64,000 nucleotides of DNA from an uncultured Candidatus Saccharibacteria bacterium (GCA_964645315.1 CAZYBH010000001.1:32405-96404); one strand, 5' to 3'. Counted from the first letter of the stretch, positions 18,192-27,937 are shown. Numbers and translations: made by a program. The notes: generated by a model from the letters alone, not told the origin.

Positions 18192-19061
18192 ATGAAGAAA
18201 CTATTCATCACGATTATATTGTTAGTTCTTCCGATTATAGTTTTCGCTTACAAAAGCCCTGGCAAACCTCAGGGCTTTGTAAGTGATTTTGCAAATATAA
18301 TTGATTCCAAAACCCGTCTTGATCTAGAAAATAAGCTGACTCAATTTGAAAAACAAAATGGGGTAGAAATTGCTATAGTGACCGTAAATAATCTAGACAA
18401 GGAAACGGTTGAGACATATGCAGTAAAGCTTTTCGAAGAATGGAAAATAGGCAAATCTGGGAAAGATAATGGTATTTTGCTTCTGGTCGCCCCAAATGAA
18501 AGGGAAGTTAGGATAGAAGTGGGATATGGTCTTGAGGGTACTATTACCGATCTTCTTGCCAATAAGATTATTCAGCAAGAGATCATTCCCCAATTTAAGA
18601 GAAATAATTATTCAGAAGGCATTGCAAATGGAGTAAATTCTATTATTGGCATTATAAGCAAAGATATCGATCCTGCTATATACGATCCTGATAAGTCTGA
18701 CATGCCAATTTTCGACAGAGTTGATCCTAGAATTATTATATTTATATTTTTCATCTCTTTCGGTGCGGTAATGAGATTTTTATCCAAGACCAAATCTTGG
18801 TGGTTGGGTGGTATTATGGGTGGTGTTTTGGGTTTGATAATAAGTATTTTTGTCGGTTTTCTTTACTTCGGTCTTACTCTAACTATTATCCTTACAATTT
18901 TCGGATTAATCCTTGATTATAATGCCTCCCGAAAGGGCCCTGGCGGCTTCGGTGGTGGTCGTGGAGGTTTCGGAGGATTTGGTGGGGGCCATAGTGGTGG
19001 TGGCTTCGGCGGTTTCGGTGGCGGTTTCTCCGGTGGTGGTGGCAGTAGTGGGAGGTGGTGA
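18192..19061 (+). CDS. TPM-domain (TLP18.3/Psb32/MOLO-1) protein with TM segment and Gly-rich C-terminal tail
   Basis: FVSDFANIIDSKTRLDLENKL..FEKQNGVEIAIVTV..LFEEWKIGKSGKDNGILLLVAPNEREVRIEVGYGLEG = TPM phosphatase-like domain. C-terminal GGFGGGRGGFGGFGGG repeats. Canonical partner of LemA. Confidence 0.75.
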   Translation: MKKLFITIILLVLPIIVFAYKSPGKPQGFVSDFANIIDSKTRLDLENKLTQFEKQNGVEIAIVTVNNLDKETVETYAVKLFEEWKIGKSGKDNGILLLVAPNEREVRIEVGYGLEGTITDLLANKIIQQEIIPQFKRNNYSEGIANGVNSIIGIISKDIDPAIYDPDKSDMPIFDRVDPRIIIFIFFISFGAVMRFLSKTKSWWLGGIMGGVLGLIISIFVGFLYFGLTLTIILTIFGLILDYNASRKGPGGFGGGRGGFGGFGGGHSGGGFGGFGGGFSGGGGSSGRW

Positions 19062-19147
19062 TTTGGTGAGAACTAGTATGTGCATATGTCTGACTTATGC
19101 AAAGAATTATAAACGCAGCTTCATTAAAATCAAATGTAATGGACAAA

Positions 19148-19723
19148 TCAGGCCCGAATATCACTATATCTTGGCGAGAATTTCAATTGATTTGAAATGT
19201 CAGTGATCAAATCGGCCAGAGTAATTCCTTTGAGTTTTGCTCTGTGTTCAGCTTGTTCAAGATTATTGACAGCAATAACTTTTTGACTGATGGACTGTAT
19301 GCCGATATTACCTACTACAGCATTGTCAATAATATCATAGGCAATTGACTGTATGTTTAGGGGTGTTCCTGAAAGAAAGTTTTCAATAGTCGGATCAAGG
19401 CCTCTACGAATTATTGAATGAATATTATTAAGGGGAACATAATCAATTTCATAATTAGGGCCTATAAGTTTTGGATTATTGTAACTATTTTTCCCAATTT
19501 TCCAATTTGTTGGAACTTTTATCTCTGCTGGCTTTTCAATTATGAAATCTAAATCGACATCTTTAGACATTGGAATGCCATAAAGATCCTGAATTATACT
19601 TCTGAACACAAATCCACCAATTAACCATGCTTTTCCCTTGGAACTTTTCCTAATTATTTCTACAGCTTCCTTAAACTCATGATAATTATTAGCGACTTTT
19701 AAAAAAGATTGGGTGTAATCCAT
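19148..19723 (-). CDS. hypothetical protein, possible minimal nucleotidyltransferase-fold protein
   Basis: AWLIGGFVFRSIIQDLYGIPMSKDVDLDFII resembles the hG[GS]...[DE]h[DE]h Pol-beta NTase core. Weak. Confidence 0.3.
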   Translation of the reverse strand: MDYTQSFLKVANNYHEFKEAVEIIRKSSKGKAWLIGGFVFRSIIQDLYGIPMSKDVDLDFIIEKPAEIKVPTNWKIGKNSYNNPKLIGPNYEIDYVPLNNIHSIIRRGLDPTIENFLSGTPLNIQSIAYDIIDNAVVGNIGIQSISQKVIAVNNLEQAEHRAKLKGITLADLITDISNQLKFSPRYSDIRA

Positions 19724-19840
19724 GATTTTCTAGATCATATTGATAGTAGCATATTTAACTCGAATTTCTATCAGATATTTATTTAACCTGAAGATGTTTA
19801 GCTGATTGCAGAGCAAGTCTACTTTATGGGGTACAGATCA

Positions 19841-19859
19841 GCGGAGGGTAAGGGATTCG
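19841..19859. repeat. 19-bp direct duplicate of the tRNA-Ser 3' end (gcggagggtaagggattcg), putative att remnant
   Basis: Identical to 20007-20025 (3' acceptor/T-arm of the minus-strand tRNA). The intervening 147 bp is GC-rich. Confidence 0.7.
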
Positions 19860-20007
19860 GTCACGAGTTTCCTCGCTGCAGCTCGGAACTCGCGACCCCG
19901 ACTTGCGGCTCGGCGTGCTCGCCTCGCACGCTCCGTCTTTCTCATCTCCTTACTCTCTCGCAATATAATTCACTCAAAGGTCATTTAGACCTTTTCGCGA
20001 ATTATTG

Positions 20008-20092
20008 CGGAGGGTAAGGGATTCGAACCCTTGGTGAGTTGCCCCACACACGCTTTCCAAGCGTGCGCACTAGACCACTATGCGAACCCTCC
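20008..20092 (-). tRNA. tRNA-Ser (anticodon GGA) with long variable arm, discriminator G, no encoded CCA
   Basis: Reverse complement folds as a cloverleaf: acceptor GGAGGGU/ACCCUCC, D-loop AGUGGUCUA, anticodon stem CACGC/GCGUG with loop UUGGAAA (U33, anticodon GGA, A37), 16-nt variable arm, T-loop UUCGAAU. Confidence 0.8.
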
Positions 20093-20175
20093 TTTGCACT
20101 CGTCCATAATAAACTAGAGATGAAGTACTAGCAAATATGTGTGTCCGGGAGGTTGCACATCCCGAATAGAATTTT

Positions 20176-20184
20176 GTGGTATAA
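20176..20184 (+). promoter_or_regulatory. extended -10 promoter element (tgGTATAAT) upstream of small ORF
   Basis: TGnTATAAT 20 bp upstream of the AGGAGG RBS of ORF 20205..20423. Confidence 0.45.
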
Positions 20185-20204
20185 TATGACCAGAAGGAGG
20201 TAGC

Positions 20205-20423
20205 ATGAAAATGAATCACAAAAAGTCTCCAGTTGGTACAAGTGGGACCGGTCGGGAGGTTACTGTGAGAATCAGTGTTCATCGGGTAAATTTGGAGCGA
20301 GGTGGTAATTCTCCTGGACTCGTTCCAACTTCCAATCCCATTCCGGCAAATCATCAGGCCGGAAATCGTGGCCAAGCTATGCAAGATGAGACTTGGCCTC
20401 ACGGTCGCGTCTATAGCGACTAA
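20205..20423 (+). CDS. small hypothetical protein (72 aa), GC-rich, island-borne
   Basis: Strong RBS gaAGGAGGtagcATG. Immediately followed by an intrinsic terminator. GC content much higher than the host genes. Protein is low-complexity with no TM. Confidence 0.45.
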   Translation: MKMNHKKSPVGTSGTGREVTVRISVHRVNLERGGNSPGLVPTSNPIPANHQAGNRGQAMQDETWPHGRVYSD

Positions 20424-20425
20424 AT

Positions 20426-20459
20426 AAAACCGCTTCATGGGTCAGGGGAAGCGGTTTTG
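20426..20459 (+). terminator. rho-independent terminator (aaaccgcttc..gaagcggtttt)
   Basis: Perfect 10-bp stem followed by a T-run directly after the stop codon at 20423. Confidence 0.7.
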
Positions 20460-20460
20460 A

Positions 20461-20500
20461 AATTATAAACAAAAACCCCAGCTGTGTGCGTCCCGACGCA
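20461..20500 (-). terminator. rho-independent terminator for minus-strand ORF 20582..20997
   Basis: On the minus strand: cagctggcagtgcgtcgggacgcacacagctg hairpin followed by ggggttttt. Confidence 0.55.
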
Positions 20501-20581
20501 CTGCCAGCTGAGGTCCCGATTCCGCCACGGGCCAATACCGCGACAGTTTCGAAATCATCCTATTCTATAGCTTGAGTGGAG

Positions 20582-20997
20582 TCAAGCCACGTGTTCGAGC
20601 CGGGTGTGGTCGATAGTAATGGGTGCGAGTCGGAGAGTGCCACGGTCGAATTCTTCGACGAGAGAAGACAGTTGCAATCTTCCTGCCTCGTCTGAAGTAT
20701 CCGTTTCGTAATCAAACTCACCCTCAACACCGATTCCACAGGCGACGATGATGGTTTTGGCTCCATGGCGTCGGATTTGTTTGGTCAGACCTCGGGATCC
20801 TTCGAAGTGATGGACGAGGACGAGGTTCGCTTCTTCGCAGTTCAGATTGGCAGTAACAAGATCACTCGGATTTCCATTGAGATCCTGATCATCAATGGCG
20901 ATTTTGATTGCCCTGTGAAGCCGACTGCACCAGAAAGCATCGCAAAATCCTTCGGCAATCTGTTTATTTGTGCCAACCACAATCAATTTCCTCATGT
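20582..20997 (-). CDS. hypothetical GC-rich protein (137 aa), possibly flavodoxin-like/Rossmann-like fold
   Basis: RBS AGGAGGaaacATG. MRKLIVVGTNKQ.. ...TIIVACGIGVEGEF. Compositionally foreign (GC-rich). No confident family. Confidence 0.45.
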
Positions 20998-21150
20998 TTC
21001 CTCCTGTTAGGGGTTCTGTTTTCCAGTAAAACCATACTCCTGTATTCAAATTATGTCAAACTTATTATTTGGGTAATATCAGTTAATTAATATTATTCTA
21101 GGTACTCATAGTTAAAGTTTTATCTTTGACTGTTCAAAATAAATAAACAG

Positions 21151-21167
21151 AAAACCCCCAGAGGGGG
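21151..21167 (-). terminator. rho-independent terminator (ccccc-tct-ggggg + T-run) for minus-strand ORF 21189..21467
   Basis: aaaacccccagaggggg on the plus strand, giving a hairpin plus U-run on the minus strand just downstream of the stop. Confidence 0.55.
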
Positions 21168-21188
21168 TGTTCGTTCGCTTTATTGTTT

Positions 21189-21467
21189 TCATCCAAAGAG
21201 TTCTTCAAGAGCCATTTTGATTAGACGCCTCGTTTTTATTTTTGTTTTTAGTTGGATTTGCTTTCCCTTTCGGATATTTTTTTCGCGAATGACTTTGGTT
21301 TTTATGGACTTAAAATTTGGATCTTCCGTGGCATTCCTGATTATTTTTACTTTGGAACGACCGGCCAAGTAACCCTTCAGGAATTTCTTGAAATACTTCC
21401 TTCTGACTTGACTTGACATAACCCTTTGTTCAACCACATGCTTGGAGGGCGGGGGAGTTGATTCCAT
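21189..21467 (-). CDS. small highly basic hypothetical protein (K/R-rich, 76-92 aa)
   Basis: ORF plus downstream terminator. Sequence ..RRKYFKKFLKGYLAGRSKVKIIR..KTRRLIKMALEELFG. Possibly a nucleic-acid-binding protein. Start Met ambiguous (21467 or 21419). Confidence 0.35.
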   Translation of the reverse strand: MESTPPPSKHVVEQRVMSSQVRRKYFKKFLKGYLAGRSKVKIIRNATEDPNFKSIKTKVIREKNIRKGKQIQLKTKIKTRRLIKMALEELFG

Positions 21468-21666
21468 ACCATTGTGGTGTTTTAGTTGAAAAGAGGTACA
21501 AAGTTCAGTCTAGGATATTACCTTGAAAATGTTTTTTTGCCAAATTATATTCATACAGAAGTCTGACATATGCATTGCAGAAGTCAGACTTCTGTATCTA
21601 TGTGTATTTCTATGTCTCTGCTTTGGTATAATGAATATTATAAATAAAATAACTAATTATTAAAAA

Positions 21667-22407
21667 ATGGACTTAAAAAATAAAGTAGCGATAGTTACAG
21701 GAGCAAAGCAGGGTATAGGTTTCGGTATTGCAAAAGTCTTGGCCAGTAGAGGTGCAAAAGTCGTGGTGAGTGATCTCGATGCATCAGAATGCGATTTGGC
21801 GGTAAATAAATTGAAAGAGCTAGGCTATGAGTCTATGGGCATAGCATGCGATGTTTCCAAAAAATCTGAAGTAGAAAATTTGATAAAAAAGACTGTGGAG
21901 GATTTTGGCAGTTTGGATATCTTGGTCAATAATGCAGGAATATTTCCATTTGTACCATTTAAGGATATGAAAGAATCAGATTGGGACAAAGTCATAAATG
22001 TAAATTTGAAAAGTATATTTTTTACTGTTCAAGAAGCACTAAAGGTGATGAAAGATGGAAGCAAGATAGTCAACATCTCTTCTATAGCGTCATTTGTTGG
22101 TTTCGAAGGATTGACTCATTATTGTGCATCCAAGGGTGCTATAAATGCTTTTGTCAGAGCTTTGGCATTGGAGCTTGCTCCTAGAAAGATCAATATAAAC
22201 AATGTCGCTCCTGGTGCCATCGACACTCCTGGTGCTACTGGAGCAATAGATAATAAAACAAAAAATGCGTATATAGAGGCGATACCTTGGAAGAGATATG
22301 GTCTCCCAGAGGATATTGCTCATACAGTTGCATTCTTGGCTTCTGAGGGCGCCGATTATATTACAGGGCAAACAATAGTGGTCGATGGGGGATGGACTCT
22401 AAAATAG
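21667..22407 (+). CDS. SDR-family oxidoreductase (3-oxoacyl-ACP reductase FabG-like)
   Basis: VAIVTGAKQGIGFGIA (TGxxxGxG), NNAG, catalytic S..YxxxK (YCASKGAI), PGAIDT. Confidence 0.85.
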   Translation: MDLKNKVAIVTGAKQGIGFGIAKVLASRGAKVVVSDLDASECDLAVNKLKELGYESMGIACDVSKKSEVENLIKKTVEDFGSLDILVNNAGIFPFVPFKDMKESDWDKVINVNLKSIFFTVQEALKVMKDGSKIVNISSIASFVGFEGLTHYCASKGAINAFVRALALELAPRKININNVAPGAIDTPGATGAIDNKTKNAYIEAIPWKRYGLPEDIAHTVAFLASEGADYITGQTIVVDGGWTLK

Positions 22408-22448
22408 CATTTGCCTTTTTCGAGCTAATTTGCTAGTCTTTGGAAACC

Positions 22449-22802
22449 ATGTTAATGATCAGATTACAAAGAACTGGAAGGAAACACGAACCAACATTTC
22501 GTGTGGTTTTGACTGATTCCAAGAATGGTCCAAAAAGTGGTAAGTACAAATTGAATTTGGGTTGGTATGATTCGAGGATTGATAATGATGCAAAAAAGCA
22601 ATTGGACACTGAAGCTATCAAGTCATGGATGTCCAAGGGTGCAAAACTATCAGTTACTCTTCACAACTTCCTTGTCGCTTCGAAGGTTATCGAAGGCAAG
22701 AAAGTCAACGCTCTACCAAAGAAAACCGTTCAAAAGAAAGCAGAAGAAGCTCAAGCTCCAAAAGCCGAGACTCCTTCGGTCACTCCTACTCCACAGGCCT
22801 AA
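22449..22802 (+). CDS. rpsP: 30S ribosomal protein S16 with K/A/E-rich C-terminal extension
   Basis: MLMIRLQRTGRKHEPTFRVVLTDSKNGPKSGKYKLNLGWYD matches the S16 N-terminus. Start Met 22449 or 22455. Confidence 0.85.
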   Translation: MLMIRLQRTGRKHEPTFRVVLTDSKNGPKSGKYKLNLGWYDSRIDNDAKKQLDTEAIKSWMSKGAKLSVTLHNFLVASKVIEGKKVNALPKKTVQKKAEEAQAPKAETPSVTPTPQA

Positions 22803-22880
22803 ATTGTTAGACAGTATATTGTCTGATAAAATTGTGGAGTACAGATTATTCTGTACGATTTATGAAATAATATAAAGAAT

Positions 22881-23222
22881 ATGCAGCAAGATCAGCAATT
22901 TTTGGATTTCGTTATTAAGGCTCTAGTAGACAATCCAGGTGAGGTTAAGATAAATAGAACGGTAGATGAAATGGGTGTGTTACTTACTCTTGAAGTAGGT
23001 GCCGCTGATATGGGCAAGATTATCGGTAGACAGGGCAACACAGCAAAAGCTATTAGGACATTGCTAAGAGTAGTCGGTATGAAAAACAACTCTCGTGTCA
23101 ACCTCAAGATCAATGAACCAGTAGGTGGTTTGAAATCTCGAGAAGAAGCTCCTGCAGTCCCACTTTCTACCCCAAATTCAAAGACTGTAGATGAGGCTAT
23201 GGCTGATCTCAAATTGGGATAA
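22881..23222 (+). CDS. KH-domain RNA-binding protein (YlqC/UPF0109 family)
   Basis: GKIIGRQGNTAKAIRTLL GxxG KH motif. Conserved position between rpsP and trmD. Confidence 0.75.
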   Translation: MQQDQQFLDFVIKALVDNPGEVKINRTVDEMGVLLTLEVGAADMGKIIGRQGNTAKAIRTLLRVVGMKNNSRVNLKINEPVGGLKSREEAPAVPLSTPNSKTVDEAMADLKLG

Positions 23223-23276
23223 AACAAATTTGTATAATACAAAAAACTGTGGTATAGTATTGCCACAGTTTTTTGT

Positions 23277-23987
23277 ATGATTACATTTCATAATATAACT
23301 CTTTTTCCAGAAGCCTTTGATTCATATATCGGAGCTTCGATAATCAAAAGAGCAATAGAAAAGAAAAAAATTAAAGTGGTAAATTATAATCCACGGGATT
23401 TCGTCGTTGCAAAAAATAAAGGCAAATTAACTTACTCAGATAGACGAGTCGATGATCGACCATACGGTGGTGGTCCGGGTATGGTTATTGAAGCATTGCC
23501 TGTGATCAAGGCTATAGACAAGGCAGCGGGGAAATATCTTAGAAATGCAAAATCAAAGAAGGATGTCAAAATTATCTTTTTTAGTCCAGGTGGAGAGCAG
23601 TTTTCAAATGAAATAGCCGAAGATTATAAGAAATATAAACATATTGTATTGGTTTGTGGTCGTTACGAAGGTATCGATGCTAGGATCAAAAAAGCATTTC
23701 CTATGGTCGATATCTCTGTCGGTCCATATGTCCTTACTGGTGGCGAATTGCCAGCAATGATATTGATCGATGCTATATCTCGAAGAGTACAGGGTGTTCT
23801 CGGCGACTCAGCATCGGTAGAAGAAAATCGTATTGCAAGCCGTGATGTATATACGCGTCCAGAAACTATTATTTACAAAAAGAAAAAGTATTCCGTACCA
23901 AAGATTTTGCTTTCCGGTCATCATTCAAATATTGATTCGTGGAAGAAAAAAGTAAATCAAAATAAAAAGTCAAATTTTTATCATTAG
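23277..23987 (+). CDS. trmD: tRNA (guanine37-N1)-methyltransferase TrmD
   Basis: ITLFPEAF..., GGGPGMV, VCGRYEGIDARI, VGPYVLTGGELPAM SPOUT-knot motifs. Confidence 0.9.
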   Translation: MITFHNITLFPEAFDSYIGASIIKRAIEKKKIKVVNYNPRDFVVAKNKGKLTYSDRRVDDRPYGGGPGMVIEALPVIKAIDKAAGKYLRNAKSKKDVKIIFFSPGGEQFSNEIAEDYKKYKHIVLVCGRYEGIDARIKKAFPMVDISVGPYVLTGGELPAMILIDAISRRVQGVLGDSASVEENRIASRDVYTRPETIIYKKKKYSVPKILLSGHHSNIDSWKKKVNQNKKSNFYH

Positions 23988-24097
23988 GAAATGATTTCTA
24001 TAATTTGTAATCTTGTTTTGATAAAAATAAATTTGGTAAAATTGTACTAGTAATAATATTACTGAAATGCCTGCAAATTATCAGTTAATATAAAATC

Positions 24098-24433
24098 ATG
24101 AGTCATATGACATTATTACCATTACAACAGGATTATGTTACAAAGTCCGAATTTGAATCTTTTCGAGATGATGTTCGAGAACGTTTTGATAGTATCGATA
24201 ATAGATTCAGCGTTATAGATCAAAAATTTGAAAGTTTCAAAGATGAGATAATCAACACTCTTAGAGATGATTTTGCTAGACAAACTGGTATTATTTTGGA
24301 GACATTTCAGCACAATCTCAAAGCATCGATGGAGTATATGGAATCAAGACTGGACAAGAAGCTCGACAAATCAGAATTTTATGAGTACATGGAGCTTCAT
24401 TTCCCAAAACGATCCAAAAAACCAATAAAATAG
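24098..24433 (+). CDS. hypothetical alpha-helical protein (111 aa)
   Basis: ORF only. Predicted coiled-coil-like repeats (FESFRDDVRERFDSIDNRFSVIDQKFESFKDEII). Confidence 0.4.
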   Translation: MSHMTLLPLQQDYVTKSEFESFRDDVRERFDSIDNRFSVIDQKFESFKDEIINTLRDDFARQTGIILETFQHNLKASMEYMESRLDKKLDKSEFYEYMELHFPKRSKKPIK

Positions 24434-24707
24434 CAAATAATCTCTTATATAGGATTATTTGTCAGTAAACTGTGGATAAACTATTGACATGGCCAATATA
24501 ATCTGCTAGGCTCTTCCTAACTTCGCAGATTGTGTTCTGCCGTGTCAATCGAGGCTTCGGCCAAGAAAGACCTATAGCGAGGGATTATATAGGCCTACAT
24601 TAATCCTAAAGTGCAAAATATAAAATAAATCCTCATTTCATTTCGAACCATTATTAATGGTCCATTTTTTGTTCGCGCGTTTCTATTATAAAAATATTTT
24701 TATCAAT

Positions 24708-27700
24708 ATGCCTACAACAGGTTTGCGCCCAAAGAAATTCTTTTCCCGATATAAGGAACCATTGACCGAAATGCCTCACTTGGTCGAATCGCAACTTTCT
24801 TCATTTGCTCAATTTGTCGAAAGTGGTTTCGAAAACTTGCTTAAGGAATTTTCTCCAATTACAGATTATTCTAGCAAGAAGTTCGAATTGACCATTAGTG
24901 ATATGGAGCTAGTCCGACCAAAGTTCGATGAGCACTATGCAAAAAACAATAAGATGAACTATGAGGGTCAGCTTAAGGTCAAAGTTACTCTCAAAAATAA
25001 ATCTCTAAATGTAACCAAACAACAGGAAATGTTTTTGGCTGATTTTCCATTGATGACAGATCATGGAACATTCATCATAAACGGTGTCGAAAGATTGATT
25101 ACTCCACAGCTCGCTCGTTCATTTGGTATTTTCTTCACATCAGAAGAAGTAAAAGGCAAAAGCTTCTTCGGTGCAAAGATTATTCCAGCACGAGGAGTCT
25201 GGATGGAAATAGAGACTGATAGCGATGGTTCTATATATTGTCGTATTGATCGCAAGAGGAAATTCCCAGTTACATCACTTCTAAGGATCCTTGGAGCAAA
25301 AAATAATGAGGAGATTTTTGCTCTATTCAAAGGCAATCCAGAAATGAAAAAAGCTTTAGAGCTCACTTTGGCCAAGGATCATGCCAAGACCCAAGACGAA
25401 GCTTTCGTTGAGATCTATAAGAGATTGAGAGATGGTGATCTAGCTACTGTCGAAAATGCAAAGTCATTCATCCAGGCAATATTGGAGCCAAATCGCTACG
25501 ATCTATCAAGGGTCGGTCGTTTCCGTTTCAATAAGCGTTTCGAAAAGCCTATGGACGAAAAGTCTCTCGAAAGAAGGACTCTAAACCTCGATGATATAGC
25601 TACAACCATATCTCACATCGTTACATTGAGCGTTACTCCAGATATGCAAGCTGATGATATCGATCACTTGGGTTCAAGAAGAGTTAGATTTGTCGGTGAA
25701 TTGCTCGAAGCAAGGATCAGACTTGGTCTAACCCAGATGAAGAGAAATATTCAAGACAAGATGTCGACAGTCGAACCAGATGTCACTCTTCCAGTCTCAT
25801 TCATTTATCCAAGACCACTTCAAGCAAGAATAAAAGAATTCTTTACAACCAACCAATTGTCTCAGTTCATGGAACAGACAAATACTTTGGGAGAAATAGA
25901 AAACTTGCGTACTCTTACCGCCCTTGGTCCCGGAGGTCTTTCTCGAGATCGTGCAGGATTCGAAGTTCGCGACGTCCACCCATCTCACTACGGAAGACTT
26001 TGTCCTATTCATACTCCAGAAGGTCCAAACATCGGTCTTGTGCTAAGATTGTCAATGTATGCAAGGGTCAATGATTTCGGCATGATTGAGACTCCTTATG
26101 CAAAAGTCAAAAACAGCAAGGTTACAAAAGAAATTGTCTATCTAAATGCTCTAGAAGAAGAGAACTTCAAGATCGCACATGCGGCTACTCCTTATGGCAA
26201 AGACGGATCAATCTCTATAGATGAAGTTGAAGTCCGTGTAAATGGAAAGCCATTTATGGTCAAAAAAGATGAAGTAGATTATATAGACGTTTCTACAAAT
26301 CAAGCGTTTTCTGTCGCTACATCACTTATTCCATTCTTGAATCATGACGATGCAACAAGAGCGCTTATGGGATCGAACATGTTGAAACAAGCTACACCTT
26401 GTCTTGTTCCAGAGGCACCTTTTGTCGCTACTGGTATAGAGGCCAAGGCAGTCTTGGATACAAATAGACTGGTCATCGCTCCAGAAGATGGTGAGATAAC
26501 TCATGTCGATGCAAAGCAAATCTCTCTCAAGTCAAGTAAGACAGGCAAGACAATCACATTCAATCTTGTTCTCTTTTCAAGAACAAACGGTTTCACCGCT
26601 TTCCATCAAAGACCTATAGTCAATCTAGGAGATAAGGTCAAGAAGGGAGATGTTTTGGCGGATACTTCTACATCCGAAAATGGTCAGATCGCTCTCGGTC
26701 ACAATGCTCTAGTGGCCTTCATGTCTTGGTCTGGTTCAAACTACGAGGACGCAATTATCCTTTCAGAAAGAGTTGTAAAGAATAGTAAATGGTCTTCTGT
26801 CCATATCGAAGAGATAGTAGTCAATGTTCGTGATACCAAACTTGGTCCAGAAATCACAACTTGTGATATTACAAATGTTAGCGAAGCAAAACTCAAGAAT
26901 CTAAATGAAGAGGGTATTGTCCGAGTCGGTGCTGAAGTCCGTACCGGTGATATTTTGGTTGGTAAGATTTCTCCAAAGGGTGAGACCCAACTTACTCCAG
27001 AAGAAAGATTGCTCCGCTCTATCTTCGGCGAAAAAGCTCGCGATGTGAAAGATACCTCAAAGAGAATGGAAAACGGCAAGAGGGGTCGTGTTATCTCAGT
27101 CAAAATCTTCTCAAGAGAAAATGGAGACAAACTAGAATCAGGTATTATCAAGAAAATTTATATCGAAATCGCTCAAGTTCGAAATATCTCTGTCGGAGAC
27201 AAGATGGCGGGTCGTCACGGAAACAAGGGTGTTATCTCAAAGATTCTCCCAGAAGAAGATATGCCATATATGGAAGATGGAACACCTATCGATGTTATCC
27301 TTACACCACTTGGTGTGCCTTCTCGTATGAACCTCGGTCAAATTCTCGAATTGCACCTCGGTCTTGCCGCAAACAGTCTTGGTTATCAAGCTATCGTTCC
27401 TCCATTTACCGGAGCTACTGATGCTGAGATCAAAGAAGAATTGGTAAAGGCAGGATTCGATAAGTCTGGCAAGATGCTATTACGAGACGGTCGTACCGGT
27501 GAACATTTCAAGCAACCAGTAGCAGTCGGATATATGTACATCTTGAAACTTCACCACATGGTCGAAGACAAGATTCATATGCGTTCTATCGGTCCTTATT
27601 CTCTTATCACTCAGCAACCTTTGGGAGGAAAGGCTCAAGGTGGAGGTCAAAGATTCGGAGAAATGGAAGTCTGGGCTTTGCTTGGTCACGGTGCCGCTCA

Positions 27701-27896
27701 TACTCTACGTGAAATTCTTACAGTCAAATCAGACGATATAATCGGCCGTTCACAGACATTTGATTCGATAGTCAAGGGTGAAAGATTGAAGCAACCAAAC
27801 TTACCAGCATCATTTAATGTTCTTTTGAAGACTTTGCGTGGTTTGGCCTTGAATGTGGAATTAACAAATAAACCTCAAGTCGAAGAGGAAGCATAA
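24708..27896 (+). CDS. rpoB: DNA-directed RNA polymerase beta subunit
   Basis: Full set of RpoB conserved regions (e.g. GPGGLSRDRAGFEVRDVHPSHYGRLCPIHTPEGPNIGL, NMLKQA, GRHGNKG, GGQRFGEMEVWAL). Start at MPTTGLRPKKFF. Confidence 0.95.
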   Translation: MPTTGLRPKKFFSRYKEPLTEMPHLVESQLSSFAQFVESGFENLLKEFSPITDYSSKKFELTISDMELVRPKFDEHYAKNNKMNYEGQLKVKVTLKNKSLNVTKQQEMFLADFPLMTDHGTFIINGVERLITPQLARSFGIFFTSEEVKGKSFFGAKIIPARGVWMEIETDSDGSIYCRIDRKRKFPVTSLLRILGAKNNEEIFALFKGNPEMKKALELTLAKDHAKTQDEAFVEIYKRLRDGDLATVENAKSFIQAILEPNRYDLSRVGRFRFNKRFEKPMDEKSLERRTLNLDDIATTISHIVTLSVTPDMQADDIDHLGSRRVRFVGELLEARIRLGLTQMKRNIQDKMSTVEPDVTLPVSFIYPRPLQARIKEFFTTNQLSQFMEQTNTLGEIENLRTLTALGPGGLSRDRAGFEVRDVHPSHYGRLCPIHTPEGPNIGLVLRLSMYARVNDFGMIETPYAKVKNSKVTKEIVYLNALEEENFKIAHAATPYGKDGSISIDEVEVRVNGKPFMVKKDEVDYIDVSTNQAFSVATSLIPFLNHDDATRALMGSNMLKQATPCLVPEAPFVATGIEAKAVLDTNRLVIAPEDGEITHVDAKQISLKSSKTGKTITFNLVLFSRTNGFTAFHQRPIVNLGDKVKKGDVLADTSTSENGQIALGHNALVAFMSWSGSNYEDAIILSERVVKNSKWSSVHIEEIVVNVRDTKLGPEITTCDITNVSEAKLKNLNEEGIVRVGAEVRTGDILVGKISPKGETQLTPEERLLRSIFGEKARDVKDTSKRMENGKRGRVISVKIFSRENGDKLESGIIKKIYIEIAQVRNISVGDKMAGRHGNKGVISKILPEEDMPYMEDGTPIDVILTPLGVPSRMNLGQILELHLGLAANSLGYQAIVPPFTGATDAEIKEELVKAGFDKSGKMLLRDGRTGEHFKQPVAVGYMYILKLHHMVEDKIHMRSIGPYSLITQQPLGGKAQGGGQRFGEMEVWALLGHGAAHTLREILTVKSDDIIGRSQTFDSIVKGERLKQPNLPASFNVLLKTLRGLALNVELTNKPQVEEEA

Positions 27897-27937
27897 AAAA
27901 GATTCAAAATAAAAAATAAAAAATCTAAAATACTATT

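Noticed and set aside
24440-24700. Possible promoter/leader or ncRNA upstream of rpoB (TTGACA ... TATAAT with 7-bp spacing)
   Set aside because: -35/-10 spacing is non-canonical, and no terminator or clear structure was seen. Likely just the rpoB 5' UTR.
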